Assembly: GCA_965203325.1 (NCBI GenBank)
Contig: OZ241875.1
Coordinates: 2,496,001 to 2,560,000 of the forward strand
Source of the DNA: a bacterium
GTDB taxonomy: Bacteria > UBA8248
Length of the DNA: 64,000 nt
Direction: 5' to 3'
Of the stretch, positions 9,772 through 19,775 are shown one piece after another. The first letter of the stretch is position 1. Each line of letters opens with the position of its first letter. The position numbers and the translations under genes were made by a program. The notes beneath the pieces were generated by a model that was given only the letters and a program-made list of their open reading frames with translations, did no database searches and was not told the origin of the DNA.

Positions 9772-12024
9772 CTATATTCCGCTCTGTTTTCCGATCGCTC
9801 CGCGTATGTGATGCGGCCCAACCGGCATCTCGAAAAATCGGGCGCCCACCGCATCGGCGATGGCGTTCATGATAGCCGCGGGGGCGGCGAGTATGGGTGG
9901 TTCGCCGACGCCTCTCATGCCAAAAGGCGTATCATCCGGCTTGTTCTCAACCATTACGGTTTTCAGTTCGGGAACGTCCAGACTGGTGGGCAAAAGATAT
10001 TCGTGGAGGGTTCCTCCGTAGATGTTACCGGCGTCGTCTCGAGGCTGTTCTTCCATAAGCGCCAAACCGATTCCCTGAAGCATCCCGCCTTCCATTTGGC
10101 CGACGACGGAAGTCGGGTTCATGGCGAAGCCCACGTCTTGGGAACAGACCAGCCTCAAAACTTTCACCTCACCCGAATACGGGTTTACGGCCACCTCCGC
10201 GATTTGCGCCGCGTAGATGGGGCAAAAAGCCGGCGCCTGTGTTTCACCTTGGCCCATAATATAGCCTGCAATTCCTGGCGCCGCTTTTGCCACTTCACTT
10301 AATGACATGGAACGCTCGGGTGTGGATTGCGAAAAAACACGCCCTCCTTCGATTTTCAGATCGTCCGGGGCGGCTTCGAGTTTTTCGGCGGCAACAACTC
10401 GAATTTTTTCTTTCAGATCGTCTACGGCTAGGATAACGGCGGCGCCCATCGAGCGGGTCAGCATGCTGCCCGCCGCGTGGATAGACTCGGGGGCGGTATC
10501 GGTATCGCCGCTGTCAAAAGATACTTGCTCAAAGCCGATATCCATCATTTCCGCGGCAATCTGGCACATCGAGGTTGTTGCGCCCGTAAGGTTTACGGCG
10601 CCGCTGAGGAGTTGAACGCTCCCGTCCGCGTTTAGGCGCGCCGTGCACGCGGAAGCTCCGCCACTTCCGCGCCAAAAACTAACAGCAAGGCCTCGACCGA
10701 ACTTCCAGCCAGGACCTTCCAAGTCTACATCCGTTTCGATGGTCTCACCCCAGTTTCCTTCTTTGGCGGTGCTTTCCAAAACTTTGAGCATGCCGTCGTC
10801 TTCTTGTGTGCCGAATAATCCGGTGTTGCCTTTTCGAATGGCATTTTTTCGCCTGATTTCAAGGGGGTCGATGCCCAGTTCGTACGCGATGATGTCAAGA
10901 TGCACCTCTGTTGCGAAGAAGCACTGGGGCCCACATGGCCCTCTAACCGATCCGCAGATGGGCCCGTTGGTGTAGACGCTCGCCATTGTCACCGAACAAT
11001 CAGGGATGTTGTAGCAACTGGTGAACATCGGCATGCGGGAACTCGCCTGTGTCGGCGCGCCGGGACCATATGCGCCATGGTCGACGATGACATCTGATTC
11101 GCGGGCTAGAATTTTGCCGTCAGAGGTTACTCCGGTTTTTAAATGTATTCGTAACCCTTGCCTGGGACTGACGCCGTTATGATCGTCTTCCCGAGTCATT
11201 TCATGGCGCACGACGCGCCCGCTTTTGAGAGCCAGCAAGGCGATGATGTGTTCGACAAACGAATGGATCTTGCCTCCGAATCCACCGCCGATTTCTGTGG
11301 GAATGATTTTCACTTTCGTCAGCGGAATCCCCAAAGCCGCAGCGACTTGTTCGCGGATGACGAAGGGTGCTTGCGTCGCTGTCCAGATGGTGATTTTTCC
11401 GTCGGCCCCCGACTCCGCCGTGCAAGCATGAGGCTCGATATATCCAGAGTGCGCGTATGGGGTTTGGAATGTGTGCTCGAATACGTGATCTGCCTTTTCC
11501 ATAGCGGCGCCTACATCGCCTATGGCCATTTCATATCGACCGATTACGTTCCCTTCTCCATTGGGCCCGAGGCCTACTTTTTCCCAATCTGCATGGACGA
11601 GTGGACCCTTGCCGTCGCGCGCTTCTAAAAGATCCACCACAGGTTCCAGGGCTTCGTAGTTCACCTGGATGGAGTCCAGCGCCGCCTGAGCCGCATCCAT
11701 TGATTCCGCGGCAACTGCCGCAACAGGGTCTCCGATGTATCGGACATAACCATCGCGAGCCAGCCAGCACATGTCTTTGATCTCAAGACCGAAACGGTGC
11801 GGGGGGCAATCATTGCCCGTCAATACGCTTCGTACACCCGGTATTTTTGTTGCTTCTTCCGTGCTTATAGAAACGATACGAGCATATGGGAGTGGACTTC
11901 TGAGGATGAAACCAACAAGGGGCTGCGCAGCAGGAACGTCTGCTGCGAATTTAGCCGTGCCAACTGCTTTATCCGGCAGATCGTATCTGGGTATATTTTT
12001 CCCAGCTACTTTGAATTCATTCAT
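9772..12024 (-). CDS. Xanthine dehydrogenase/aldehyde oxidase family molybdopterin-binding large subunit
   Basis: LRSPLPYARI, IGGGFGGK, GQMEGGMLQGIG and RGVGEPP motifs. Confidence 0.9.
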   Translation of the reverse strand: MNEFKVAGKNIPRYDLPDKAVGTAKFAADVPAAQPLVGFILRSPLPYARIVSISTEEATKIPGVRSVLTGNDCPPHRFGLEIKDMCWLARDGYVRYIGDPVAAVAAESMDAAQAALDSIQVNYEALEPVVDLLEARDGKGPLVHADWEKVGLGPNGEGNVIGRYEMAIGDVGAAMEKADHVFEHTFQTPYAHSGYIEPHACTAESGADGKITIWTATQAPFVIREQVAAALGIPLTKVKIIPTEIGGGFGGKIHSFVEHIIALLALKSGRVVRHEMTREDDHNGVSPRQGLRIHLKTGVTSDGKILARESDVIVDHGAYGPGAPTQASSRMPMFTSCYNIPDCSVTMASVYTNGPICGSVRGPCGPQCFFATEVHLDIIAYELGIDPLEIRRKNAIRKGNTGLFGTQEDDGMLKVLESTAKEGNWGETIETDVDLEGPGWKFGRGLAVSFWRGSGGASACTARLNADGSVQLLSGAVNLTGATTSMCQIAAEMMDIGFEQVSFDSGDTDTAPESIHAAGSMLTRSMGAAVILAVDDLKEKIRVVAAEKLEAAPDDLKIEGGRVFSQSTPERSMSLSEVAKAAPGIAGYIMGQGETQAPAFCPIYAAQIAEVAVNPYSGEVKVLRLVCSQDVGFAMNPTSVVGQMEGGMLQGIGLALMEEQPRDDAGNIYGGTLHEYLLPTSLDVPELKTVMVENKPDDTPFGMRGVGEPPILAAPAAIMNAIADAVGARFFEMPVGPHHIRGAIGKQSGI

Positions 12025-12228
12025 AAGGTCCTCAAATATGTGGTGTATCTGAATGCATGGCCCTTGGTGCGATGTTGAACTTTATCAGTTTTCGAGCTCC
12101 TGAAGAGATGTGATGTTCTCTCGATTGCGAATGGGCTCTGAAAACTCTAGTCTATGTATATTTGTAATAGCAACAAGTTCTTCACAAATACGGCATTAAA
12201 CGATGGAGTGATGTTAAGGAGAACATTC

Positions 12229-13107
12229 ATGCCAAATCCGATACCGCTGGGTGTATTTGGATTCCCGGCAGGCCATATTTTATCACCTGTTCTGCATAAT
12301 AAAGCGGCTGAAGAGTTGGGTTTGGACTATCACTATCTTGCCTATGAAGTGCACCCGGATGATTTGGAAGAAGCTGTGCGGGGAGCCCGGACGATGGGAT
12401 TTCGTGGACTCACAATCACGATTCCGCACAAGGTGGCCGTTGTTAAATTCATGGATGAACTGAGTGAGGACGCCCGGTTGATGGGCGCTGTCAACACGAT
12501 AATTTTTGAAGAAGACGGACGCCTTATCGGCCATAATACGGATGGTATCGGTTGGCTCCGGTTTCTGGAGGAAACAACGGGAGAACATCCCAGGGAAAAG
12601 AAATGTCTTATTTTGGGGGCGGGAGGAGCCGCGAGAGCTATTGCCGTCAAAATAGCCCAGTGCGGAGCGGCTCACCTTGAAATTAGAAACCGGACATATG
12701 AAAAAGCGATGGAGTTGGCAGACTTTGTGGAGAAGAGCGTTCCTTCTTCGAAAGTGAAAGGTGGTGGCTTGGACGATCTGTATTCGGCGGCTGATGGTTG
12801 TGAGATCATCGTGAATACGACAAGCCTCGGGATGTGGGGAAACGCTGAACGTATGGCGACCCCTCCGATTCCCGAGGATGCGATACCTAACGGCTGTATC
12901 TGTTCGGATGCGGTCTATATTCCTCCTGATACGGAATTTCTGAAAGCAGCCAGACGGGCTGGCGCTCAAATTGTTCGCGGAACGGGTTGGTTGGTATATC
13001 AAGCAGCGGCTGCATGGAAAATGTGGACGGGAGTGGATATGCCTACGGATACAGTGATGGAAGTTTTACACGAAGCATTAGAATTGCGCCTCGGCGGCGA
13101 GGGTTAA
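12229..13107 (+). CDS. aroE: Shikimate dehydrogenase family
   Basis: SPVLHN, TIPHK, GAVNT, GHNTDGIG and GAGGAARA motifs; AAGGAG RBS. Confidence 0.85.
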   Translation: MPNPIPLGVFGFPAGHILSPVLHNKAAEELGLDYHYLAYEVHPDDLEEAVRGARTMGFRGLTITIPHKVAVVKFMDELSEDARLMGAVNTIIFEEDGRLIGHNTDGIGWLRFLEETTGEHPREKKCLILGAGGAARAIAVKIAQCGAAHLEIRNRTYEKAMELADFVEKSVPSSKVKGGGLDDLYSAADGCEIIVNTTSLGMWGNAERMATPPIPEDAIPNGCICSDAVYIPPDTEFLKAARRAGAQIVRGTGWLVYQAAAAWKMWTGVDMPTDTVMEVLHEALELRLGGEG

Positions 13108-13388
13108 CTATCGAATGTTTTTCGTTTTTTTACACGCTCCTCACATGGGGTTGTCGCATCATTGCCCAGCCATAAATCCCACGCGCCGTGATGACCGATG
13201 TCCACTCCTTCTTTTTGGGCTTTTTTTTGTAGCGCGATTTGTAGCTCGTCCATAAACTCACTATCCATGAGCTCAAGATGCTCTCCGATGTGGCGATGCA
13301 GTATCCTGTAAACAAGTTTCATGTCATCTATGGATGTCTTGAATGAAAATGAATCGCCTTGTTGTGAGAAAGTCATTTTACTTTCCAA
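13104..13388 (-). CDS. Small hypothetical protein
   Basis: 94-aa ORF with protein-like composition, convergent with and overlapping the aroE stop. Confidence 0.55.
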   Translation of the reverse strand: MESKMTFSQQGDSFSFKTSIDDMKLVYRILHRHIGEHLELMDSEFMDELQIALQKKAQKEGVDIGHHGAWDLWLGNDATTPCEERVKKRKTFDS

Positions 13389-13489
13389 TTGAAAAAAGGA
13401 TTTGGAAAAACCACGGACAAATATCTTCTGATTCTACCGGATTATTTTTGACAGTGAAATCTCTGTGCAGTCATTCTATTAAGAAGGGG

Positions 13490-13527
13490 CCGGGAGCCCG
13501 GTGTTGCGCATGGGGCCGGGCTCCCGG
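13490..13527 (-). terminator. Stem-loop downstream of the mreB-like gene
   Basis: Perfect 12-bp inverted repeat CCGGGAGCCCGG/CCGGGCTCCCGG followed on the minus strand by a weak U-rich tail. Confidence 0.55.
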
Positions 13528-13550
13528 TAGGGGGGTGGTGCTCGTGAAGG

Positions 13551-14591
13551 TCAATTCAGACAGACTTGCTTGAAGTCTTTGAAATGGTCCAGAACGTGTC
13601 CAGTTCCACGGACGACGGTGGTTAGTGGGTCTTTTACTCTGTATATGGGGAGACCTGTCTCATCATGAAGCCTGGTGCCGAGTCCTTTCAGGAGTGAACC
13701 CCCACCTGCTAAAACGATTCCTCGGCGATAAATGTCTGTAGCAAGCTCAGGGCTTGTTTTGGCCAGCGCTTTTCGAATGGATTCAACGATGGCTTTCACT
13801 GGACCGTCGAGAGCCTCGCGCACCGACTCATCGGATAGCTTGATGGTGCGGGGTATGCCGGTAGAGACGTCTGAGCCTGAAATTTCCATTTCAAGCGGCT
13901 CTGGGAGCGGGGCTGCTGCTCCAATCTCCATCTTGACACGTTCAGCCTCGAATGAGCCGATCGATAAGCCGTGGCGTCTTTTGATGTGACGTTGTATGCA
14001 TTCGTCCATCGCATCTCCCGCCATGCGTAGAGATTCTGAATATGCAACGGCGTATTGGGAGATGACGGCCATTTCGGTTGTTCCTCCCCCGATATCAACA
14101 ATCATAGAGCCGGCGATTTCATGAATCGGCAGTTTGCTTCCAATGGCCGCCGCCATGGGTTCTTCTATTAGATGGACTTTGCCGGCCCCACATTGAGTGG
14201 CGGAATCAATCACGGCTTTCATTTCCACACTGGTGATCCCTGAGGGAACGCAGACCATCATCGTAGGTCGGCTGAAAGACCGTTTGGGTACAATTGCTCT
14301 AACAAAATGGCGTATCATGGCTTTGGTTACGTCAAAATCGGCGATTACCCCATCTTTCATGGGGCGAATTGTCCGAATGGAATCTGGAGGAGTACGGCCG
14401 TACATTTCCTTGGCTTTTTTGCCTACTGCGAGAACGGCTCCTCCATTTTTCGAGTTCAAGGCGACAACAGAGGGTTCATCAAGAACAATTCCAGCATTTT
14501 TCGTGTAAACCAAGGTGTTCGCTGTCCCTAAATCCATTGCGATATTGGGCCCCATCCAAGCTCTAAGGCGCTTCAAAAAATGCAATTTCAT
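13551..14591 (-). CDS. mreB: Rod shape-determining actin-like protein MreB/Mbl (probably a paralog; no mreCD adjacent)
   Basis: DLGTANT, RPMKDGVIADF, VDIGGGTT and LAGGGSLL motifs. Confidence 0.9.
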   Translation of the reverse strand: MKLHFLKRLRAWMGPNIAMDLGTANTLVYTKNAGIVLDEPSVVALNSKNGGAVLAVGKKAKEMYGRTPPDSIRTIRPMKDGVIADFDVTKAMIRHFVRAIVPKRSFSRPTMMVCVPSGITSVEMKAVIDSATQCGAGKVHLIEEPMAAAIGSKLPIHEIAGSMIVDIGGGTTEMAVISQYAVAYSESLRMAGDAMDECIQRHIKRRHGLSIGSFEAERVKMEIGAAAPLPEPLEMEISGSDVSTGIPRTIKLSDESVREALDGPVKAIVESIRKALAKTSPELATDIYRRGIVLAGGGSLLKGLGTRLHDETGLPIYRVKDPLTTVVRGTGHVLDHFKDFKQVCLN

Positions 14592-16042
14592 GATCCATCT
14601 CCCCCCATAAAACAAAGTTGATTCCCCACGCCCTCTTTTTGAGCGAAACCTAATGCTGCAAGAGATGACTTGATCAGGCTTTTTGAATTTTGAGCGGTTT
14701 CAGGGAAACATGCGGCGCCTATTGAAATTGTGATTTCGGACCCTCTTCCGTCGAGGTAGAAGGGAGTGTGATTGACGACATGCAGGATTCGCTCTGCTAC
14801 AGCCTCGGCATATTCTTGAGAGGAGTCTTGCAGTAACAAGAGAAAACGTGGCCCCTCATGCCGCACCAGAATATCGTTTCCGGCAGCGAATGGTTTAAGC
14901 GAATTTGAGAGATGAAGAATGACTTCTTCCTCGATCGTATCATCAAACTCTGATGAAGCGTCAGGAGCGATGCTGAGCAACGCGAGTTGACGCCCCTTTG
15001 CTTCCGCTTCGCAGATCATTTTATGAAGACGAGAATGTAGATATTCGATATTCTGCTCGCCGGTAAGGGGATCGATTTCTAATCGTGCTTGCCAGCGTGA
15101 CTCGTTTTTCCGATTTGCGATGGCATCCGCCACAAGCGCCGCAATAATTTCTCCGCGCTGGACGGAAGAAGCGTCAAATTGAGCTCGACGTTTGCTTGCG
15201 AACCCCAGGCAACCAAGAATTTCGCCTCTTGAGATAATAGGAAGACATGCGGCGGAACGCGCTTCAAGGCGGGGCTCATCATGATGAAAGAGAGGCCTGG
15301 TTCCTTTTTTCCCCCTCAGGTCGGGGAGTCTTAAGCTTTCTTTTTTGCTTAATACGTAGCCTGCCAGACTTGCATGTTCGCTGATTGTGACTTCACCCAG
15401 GAAAAGTTCCCCAAAACCAGAGGTTCGAACGAGGCGGGGAGAGCCTGCTTCCTCGTCGATGAGGACGAGGAAGCAGGCATCGAAGGGAAGCAACTCGCGC
15501 GGCACCTGGCATATCGCATTCAACAATTGACCTTCATTCTCGCTTGAGCGAAGCGAAGTCAGGTATCTGCTGAAGGCGGGAACGTTCATGGAGCGACGCT
15601 CCACTTGAACGGTCGTCAGGGCACCGTCTGCAAGATAGGCGAATTGCTGGGCGAACCCCGCGAGTATTTTTTGGTCTCTGGACGTGAAACACCAGCTTTT
15701 CTTGCTGTCGATGGCGAGCGCCCCTTTATTGATGGAAGAAGGCAGGGGAGTCGCCATGAAGGACTTGATGTCCTCGTTCCTGCTGTAATAGCCGAGAACC
15801 AGGGTGTCTTTGTCGAATTGATTGACGCTTAACGGCTCGTTATTCTCCAGGACCCAGCCCATGAAGCCCTGGCCCACATCGACCGAGGCATCCGCGAGAA
15901 TGTAGGGGCTCAGGCTGTGGTATGTGGTGAGCTGAAAAGTCTTACGCCTTTTGTTTTCAAGGAATAAGCAGGCGGAGTAAGCCTCCGTGACGTTGCTGAC
16001 GAGCGTGATGAGGGAGAAAAGATCTCTTTCCAGGTTCGTCAT
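14588..16042 (-). CDS. GAF-GAF-GGDEF(degenerate) domain protein
   Basis: Two GAF-like regions, DPLTG, ITISIGAACFP; the active-site motif reads RHEGPRF instead of RxGGDEF. Confidence 0.75.
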   Translation of the reverse strand: MTNLERDLFSLITLVSNVTEAYSACLFLENKRRKTFQLTTYHSLSPYILADASVDVGQGFMGWVLENNEPLSVNQFDKDTLVLGYYSRNEDIKSFMATPLPSSINKGALAIDSKKSWCFTSRDQKILAGFAQQFAYLADGALTTVQVERRSMNVPAFSRYLTSLRSSENEGQLLNAICQVPRELLPFDACFLVLIDEEAGSPRLVRTSGFGELFLGEVTISEHASLAGYVLSKKESLRLPDLRGKKGTRPLFHHDEPRLEARSAACLPIISRGEILGCLGFASKRRAQFDASSVQRGEIIAALVADAIANRKNESRWQARLEIDPLTGEQNIEYLHSRLHKMICEAEAKGRQLALLSIAPDASSEFDDTIEEEVILHLSNSLKPFAAGNDILVRHEGPRFLLLLQDSSQEYAEAVAERILHVVNHTPFYLDGRGSEITISIGAACFPETAQNSKSLIKSSLAALGFAQKEGVGNQLCFMGGDGS

Positions 16043-16394
16043 TGCCAGCATCCAACGGGACGGATTGGAATATTGGAAAATATAACAAGGGTCCCAAATT
16101 TGTTTCAAGTAATTTTTTCATTAACGAATGTATCATATTGTATTTATTTGTTTTATGAGAATTAAAAAATTAAGGCGCTGAAAATGTCCTTAAAGCGATT
16201 CCTGTAATAGTTTTTATAACTTATTGATATTTAACGTGTTATTTGTATAAAATTAACTTTCAGGGCGATTCTGGCGTCTTCGCGGCAAGAACGGCCCATA
16301 TATAGTGTGAGATATCTATTCAAGGGACTGTATATTGTGGAATACGCGGACGCCCGGGATGAACGCCCGGGCGCGCCGGCGTGGAGCCCGGCCG

Positions 16395-17399
16395 TCAGCT
16401 TTCTGTCGGACCCCGGTCGAGAAAACGTCTCGCCGCCAGGTCGAGCGCGTCGATCGCTTCGCGGGCGATCCGCCCGACCAGTTCGCCCGCGCCGGGACGA
16501 TCGGCGATCAGGTCCAGCCCCTCGCCGGCGAAGGTGACCGCCGTATCCGTATCCCCCTCGCGCAGGGCCGCGAAGAAGCGCTCGCGCATCGAGGGGTTCT
16601 GGTCGCGCAACTCCTCGTCGCGGTCATGCCAGGTTTCGGCGAATGCGTTGCGGATGGCCCGCCCGGTGTAAGGCTCCGGCCAGGCGATGCCCCGGGCGGT
16701 GTCGAAGACTTTGGTGCGCAGCGTGTGGTCGCCGCCGGTTCGCTCGAGCAGCGCTTTCTGGTTCGGGTGGCCCAGCGCCTCCTCGGCGGCGAAGAAGCGG
16801 GTGCCGATCAGGGCGGCTTCGGCGCCCAGCATCAGGGCGGCGGCCAGGCCGCGCCCGTCGCTGATGCCGCCCGCGGCGGCGACCGGAACCGGCGCCACCG
16901 CATCGACGACCGCCGGAACGAGCGGCAGCGTGGAGCGCGCCGCCCCGTGGCCCCCGGCTTCCGTGCCCTGGGCGATGATAATCTGGGCGCCCTTCGCCGC
17001 CGCCACCCGGGCGTCTTTCAAGGTCTGTACCTGGCAGATCAGCGCCGCGCCGGCTTCGCGTATCTTCCCGGCGTAGGGTTCGATATCGCCGAAGGAGAGC
17101 ATGACGGCCCTGGGTTTGCATTCAAGCGCCGCGTCGAGCGCGCCGGGCCGCTCGGCCAGCGCCCAGGTGATGAAGCCGATTCCGACCGGGTGATCGCCCG
17201 CCTCCTCGAACTCCCCGCGAATCCACTCGTTCGAGCCGTAGCCGAACGAAGGGTCGGCGTAGCCCGCGCCGATGAGGCCCAACCCGCCTGCGGCGGAGAC
17301 CTCGCGGGCCAGCGCGCCGCCCGCGACGCCGCCCATCGGGGCGAGCAGGACGGGATGTTCGATGTCCAGCAGCCGGGTGATCGCGGTGGAGAGTTTCAT
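16395..17399 (-). CDS. Nitronate monooxygenase family flavoenzyme
   Basis: LAPMGG, QGTEAGGH, AAGGISDGRG and GTRF motifs. Confidence 0.9.
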   Translation of the reverse strand: MKLSTAITRLLDIEHPVLLAPMGGVAGGALAREVSAAGGLGLIGAGYADPSFGYGSNEWIRGEFEEAGDHPVGIGFITWALAERPGALDAALECKPRAVMLSFGDIEPYAGKIREAGAALICQVQTLKDARVAAAKGAQIIIAQGTEAGGHGAARSTLPLVPAVVDAVAPVPVAAAGGISDGRGLAAALMLGAEAALIGTRFFAAEEALGHPNQKALLERTGGDHTLRTKVFDTARGIAWPEPYTGRAIRNAFAETWHDRDEELRDQNPSMRERFFAALREGDTDTAVTFAGEGLDLIADRPGAGELVGRIAREAIDALDLAARRFLDRGPTES

Positions 17400-17509
17400 G
17401 GGCGATAACATAGCGGCCCCGCCGGGGGTTGTAAACGAGGCGCCTGACCTTGAGAGATGTTCCGTTCGGGACGTTCACAGGGGAGCCTTGTTTTCACTCT
17501 CCCTTGGGG

Positions 17510-17676
17510 GGGTTGTTGAAAAAGCCTTTGTCAAAGGAGCAACCCCCTTGACGGGGGACAAAGGCAACCCCCCCTACCCCCCCTTGTCAGGGGGCAAGAA
17601 AAAGCAAAAACCCCTCTACCGGCGGCGGGGCGTCGCCTTTTTATACCCCCCTGTCAAGGGGGGGTAGGGGGGGTTG
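17510..17676. repeat. MITE-like repeat carrying CCCCCCTACCCCCCTTGTCAGGGGG palindromes
   Basis: Starts GGGTTGTTGAAAAAG; 17567-17645 is an inverted homolog of ~45140-45220. Confidence 0.75.
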
Positions 17677-18200
17677 GTTTTCAGCCGGGAGCGGGTGAGC
17701 CGCGGCCGCCCCCGCATTTCCCCGCATTTGGCGTTACCGGGCTTGCGCCCGCACGGGGCAGAATCGGGCGCGCGAACGGGAGGAGTTCCGGTGGACCTGG
17801 AAAAAGCGGAAAGAGCGAAGCGAACGGACTCGGCGGCCCGGGTTCGGCCGGCGAACGGACCCGGCGTTTTCCGCGCAATGGGAATTCCTGAAAAATACGA
17901 TAAATTCACGGGGTTTTTCGATAAATTCCTGAAAAATAACGTCCAGATAAATGACTGTAATCAAAAGGGTTATCATTCAAATCTTAGCGCAGCGCACTTA
18001 GATCCAGCGAGAAAAAAAGTTTTTCGGGCGCCCGCGCATTTGCCCGCAACTGCCCGCATCTGCGCGCCGAACGAGCCGGTCGGCTTCACCGGCATACCGG
18101 AGACCGCGAGGCGCCGGAGTCACCGTGCGCAAGCTTTTGCCGGTCGGACCATGATAGAGTCGACACGGATTCAAGCGGCATCGAGACCCTGGGAGGAAGA

Positions 18201-19418
18201 ATGAGCAAGACGTCCATCAAACCCGCCCTTCGTCCCGGCGAATTCGTCCCCCTCATCGCCCTCCTGATGGCGCTCGTCGCGCTTTCTATCGACGCGATAC
18301 TGCCGGCGCTGCCCGTGATAGGCCAAGACCTCGGGGCACCGCGCCGGAACGACGTTCAGTTCGTCGTCACGGCCGTGCTTCTGGGGCTCGGCCTCGGGCA
18401 GATCGTTTTCGGCCCCCTCTCCGACAGGATCGGGCGCAAGCCCTCCATCAATATCGGCCTCGTTCTGTTCATGTCGGGATGCGTCATGAGCACCTTCGCA
18501 TCCACCTTCGAGGTGATGATTGCGGGCCGCGTGCTGCAGGGGGCCGGAATCGCGGGACCGCGCATCGTGACCGTCGCCCTGGTGCGCGACCAGTACGAAG
18601 GACGCCAGATGGCCCGTCTCATGTCCTTTGCGATGGCCGTGTTCATTCTCGTTCCCACCGTCGCGCCTGCCCTCGGGCTGGGGATACTGTGGCTGGGCGG
18701 CTGGCGCGCGATATTCGCCGCCTTCTTCATCATCGCCATGGTCACGCTCGCGTGGTTTTCACTTCGCCAGCCCGAAACCCTGCCCCCCGCCCGTCGGCGG
18801 CCCCTCTCCCCGCGCGCCATCGGCGGCGCCGTCCTGGAGGTCCTGCGGATCCGGGCCGCGCTCGGATATACCGTGGCCACCGGATGCGTGTTCGCGCCGT
18901 TCGTGGCCTACTTGAGCTCCTCCCAGCAAATCTTCCAGGAGGCCTACAATACCGGCGCGCTTTTCCCGGCCTATTTCGGCGTGCTGGCGCTCGCTTTCGG
19001 CGGCGCCTCGCTCGTGAACGGGTGGCTCGTCATGAAGTACGGGATGCGCCGGCTCTCGCGGAGGGCGACGGCCTCCATGACGCTGGTCTCGGTCGTCGCC
19101 CTGGCGCCGGCCTTCGCCTTCGAGGGGCTTCCTCCGCTCTGGATGTTCATGACCTACCTGCTCCTCGTCTTTCTCTGCATCGGGCTCCTCTTCGGAAACC
19201 TCAATGCGCTCGCCATGGAACCCATCGGCCACATCGCCGGCGTGGGAGCGGGGGTGGTCGCCACGCTCTCTACCTTCATCTCGGTGCCGTTCGGCGCGCT
19301 CGTGGGCCACAGTTTCGATGGCACCATGTACGCGCTGATCGCCGCTTTCGGGGTCTTCGGGGCAGGGACCTACGCCGCCATGAGATGGGCCGAGGGAGGG
19401 GGATACGGTTCTTCGTAG
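18201..19418 (+). CDS. Bcr/CflA family drug-resistance MFS transporter
   Basis: SIDAILPALP, GPLSDRIGRKP and PETLP motifs; about 12 TM segments. Confidence 0.9.
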   Translation: MSKTSIKPALRPGEFVPLIALLMALVALSIDAILPALPVIGQDLGAPRRNDVQFVVTAVLLGLGLGQIVFGPLSDRIGRKPSINIGLVLFMSGCVMSTFASTFEVMIAGRVLQGAGIAGPRIVTVALVRDQYEGRQMARLMSFAMAVFILVPTVAPALGLGILWLGGWRAIFAAFFIIAMVTLAWFSLRQPETLPPARRRPLSPRAIGGAVLEVLRIRAALGYTVATGCVFAPFVAYLSSSQQIFQEAYNTGALFPAYFGVLALAFGGASLVNGWLVMKYGMRRLSRRATASMTLVSVVALAPAFAFEGLPPLWMFMTYLLLVFLCIGLLFGNLNALAMEPIGHIAGVGAGVVATLSTFISVPFGALVGHSFDGTMYALIAAFGVFGAGTYAAMRWAEGGGYGSS

Positions 19419-19472
19419 GGGAACGGGACTTCACCGCTTGCGTGGGAATCACCTTGAATGTCTGGTTTTTCC

Positions 19473-19651
19473 GTAGGGACAGGCCTCCGTGCCTGTCCTG
19501 ATTGCAACCATCCTGCAAAGGGACAACCACGGAGGGCAGGACAACCCGAAAGGGTTGTCCCTACAGCGGCGGAAAACCGCCATCTCGACCGGAGCAGAGT
19601 TTTCAACAGCCCCCTCAAGGGGGGGTAGGGGGAGGCTTTTTCACCAGTCCC
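19473..19651. repeat. REPIN-like GTAG REP doublet plus MITE end
   Basis: GTAGGGACAGGC..GCCTGTCC ... GGACAACCC GAA AGGGTTGTCCCTAC, followed by TTTTCAACAGCCCC and GGGGGGTAGGGGG. Confidence 0.7.
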
Positions 19652-19775
19652 ATAACTTGGATTTGCTGCGACAAATTCGAGCGTCCCACAGGGTGTGCCC
19701 GCATGAAACGGCTGCCAAACACGAGGATGTTCCACGGAGCCTGCCAGTATTCAAACTGGCGGAAAGGCGTGGAGC

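Noticed and set aside
9772..12024. Aerobic CO dehydrogenase CoxL
   Set aside because: It lacks the AYxCSFR motif and adjacent coxM/coxS genes.
14588..16042. Active diguanylate cyclase
   Set aside because: The GGDEF signature is replaced by HEGPR.
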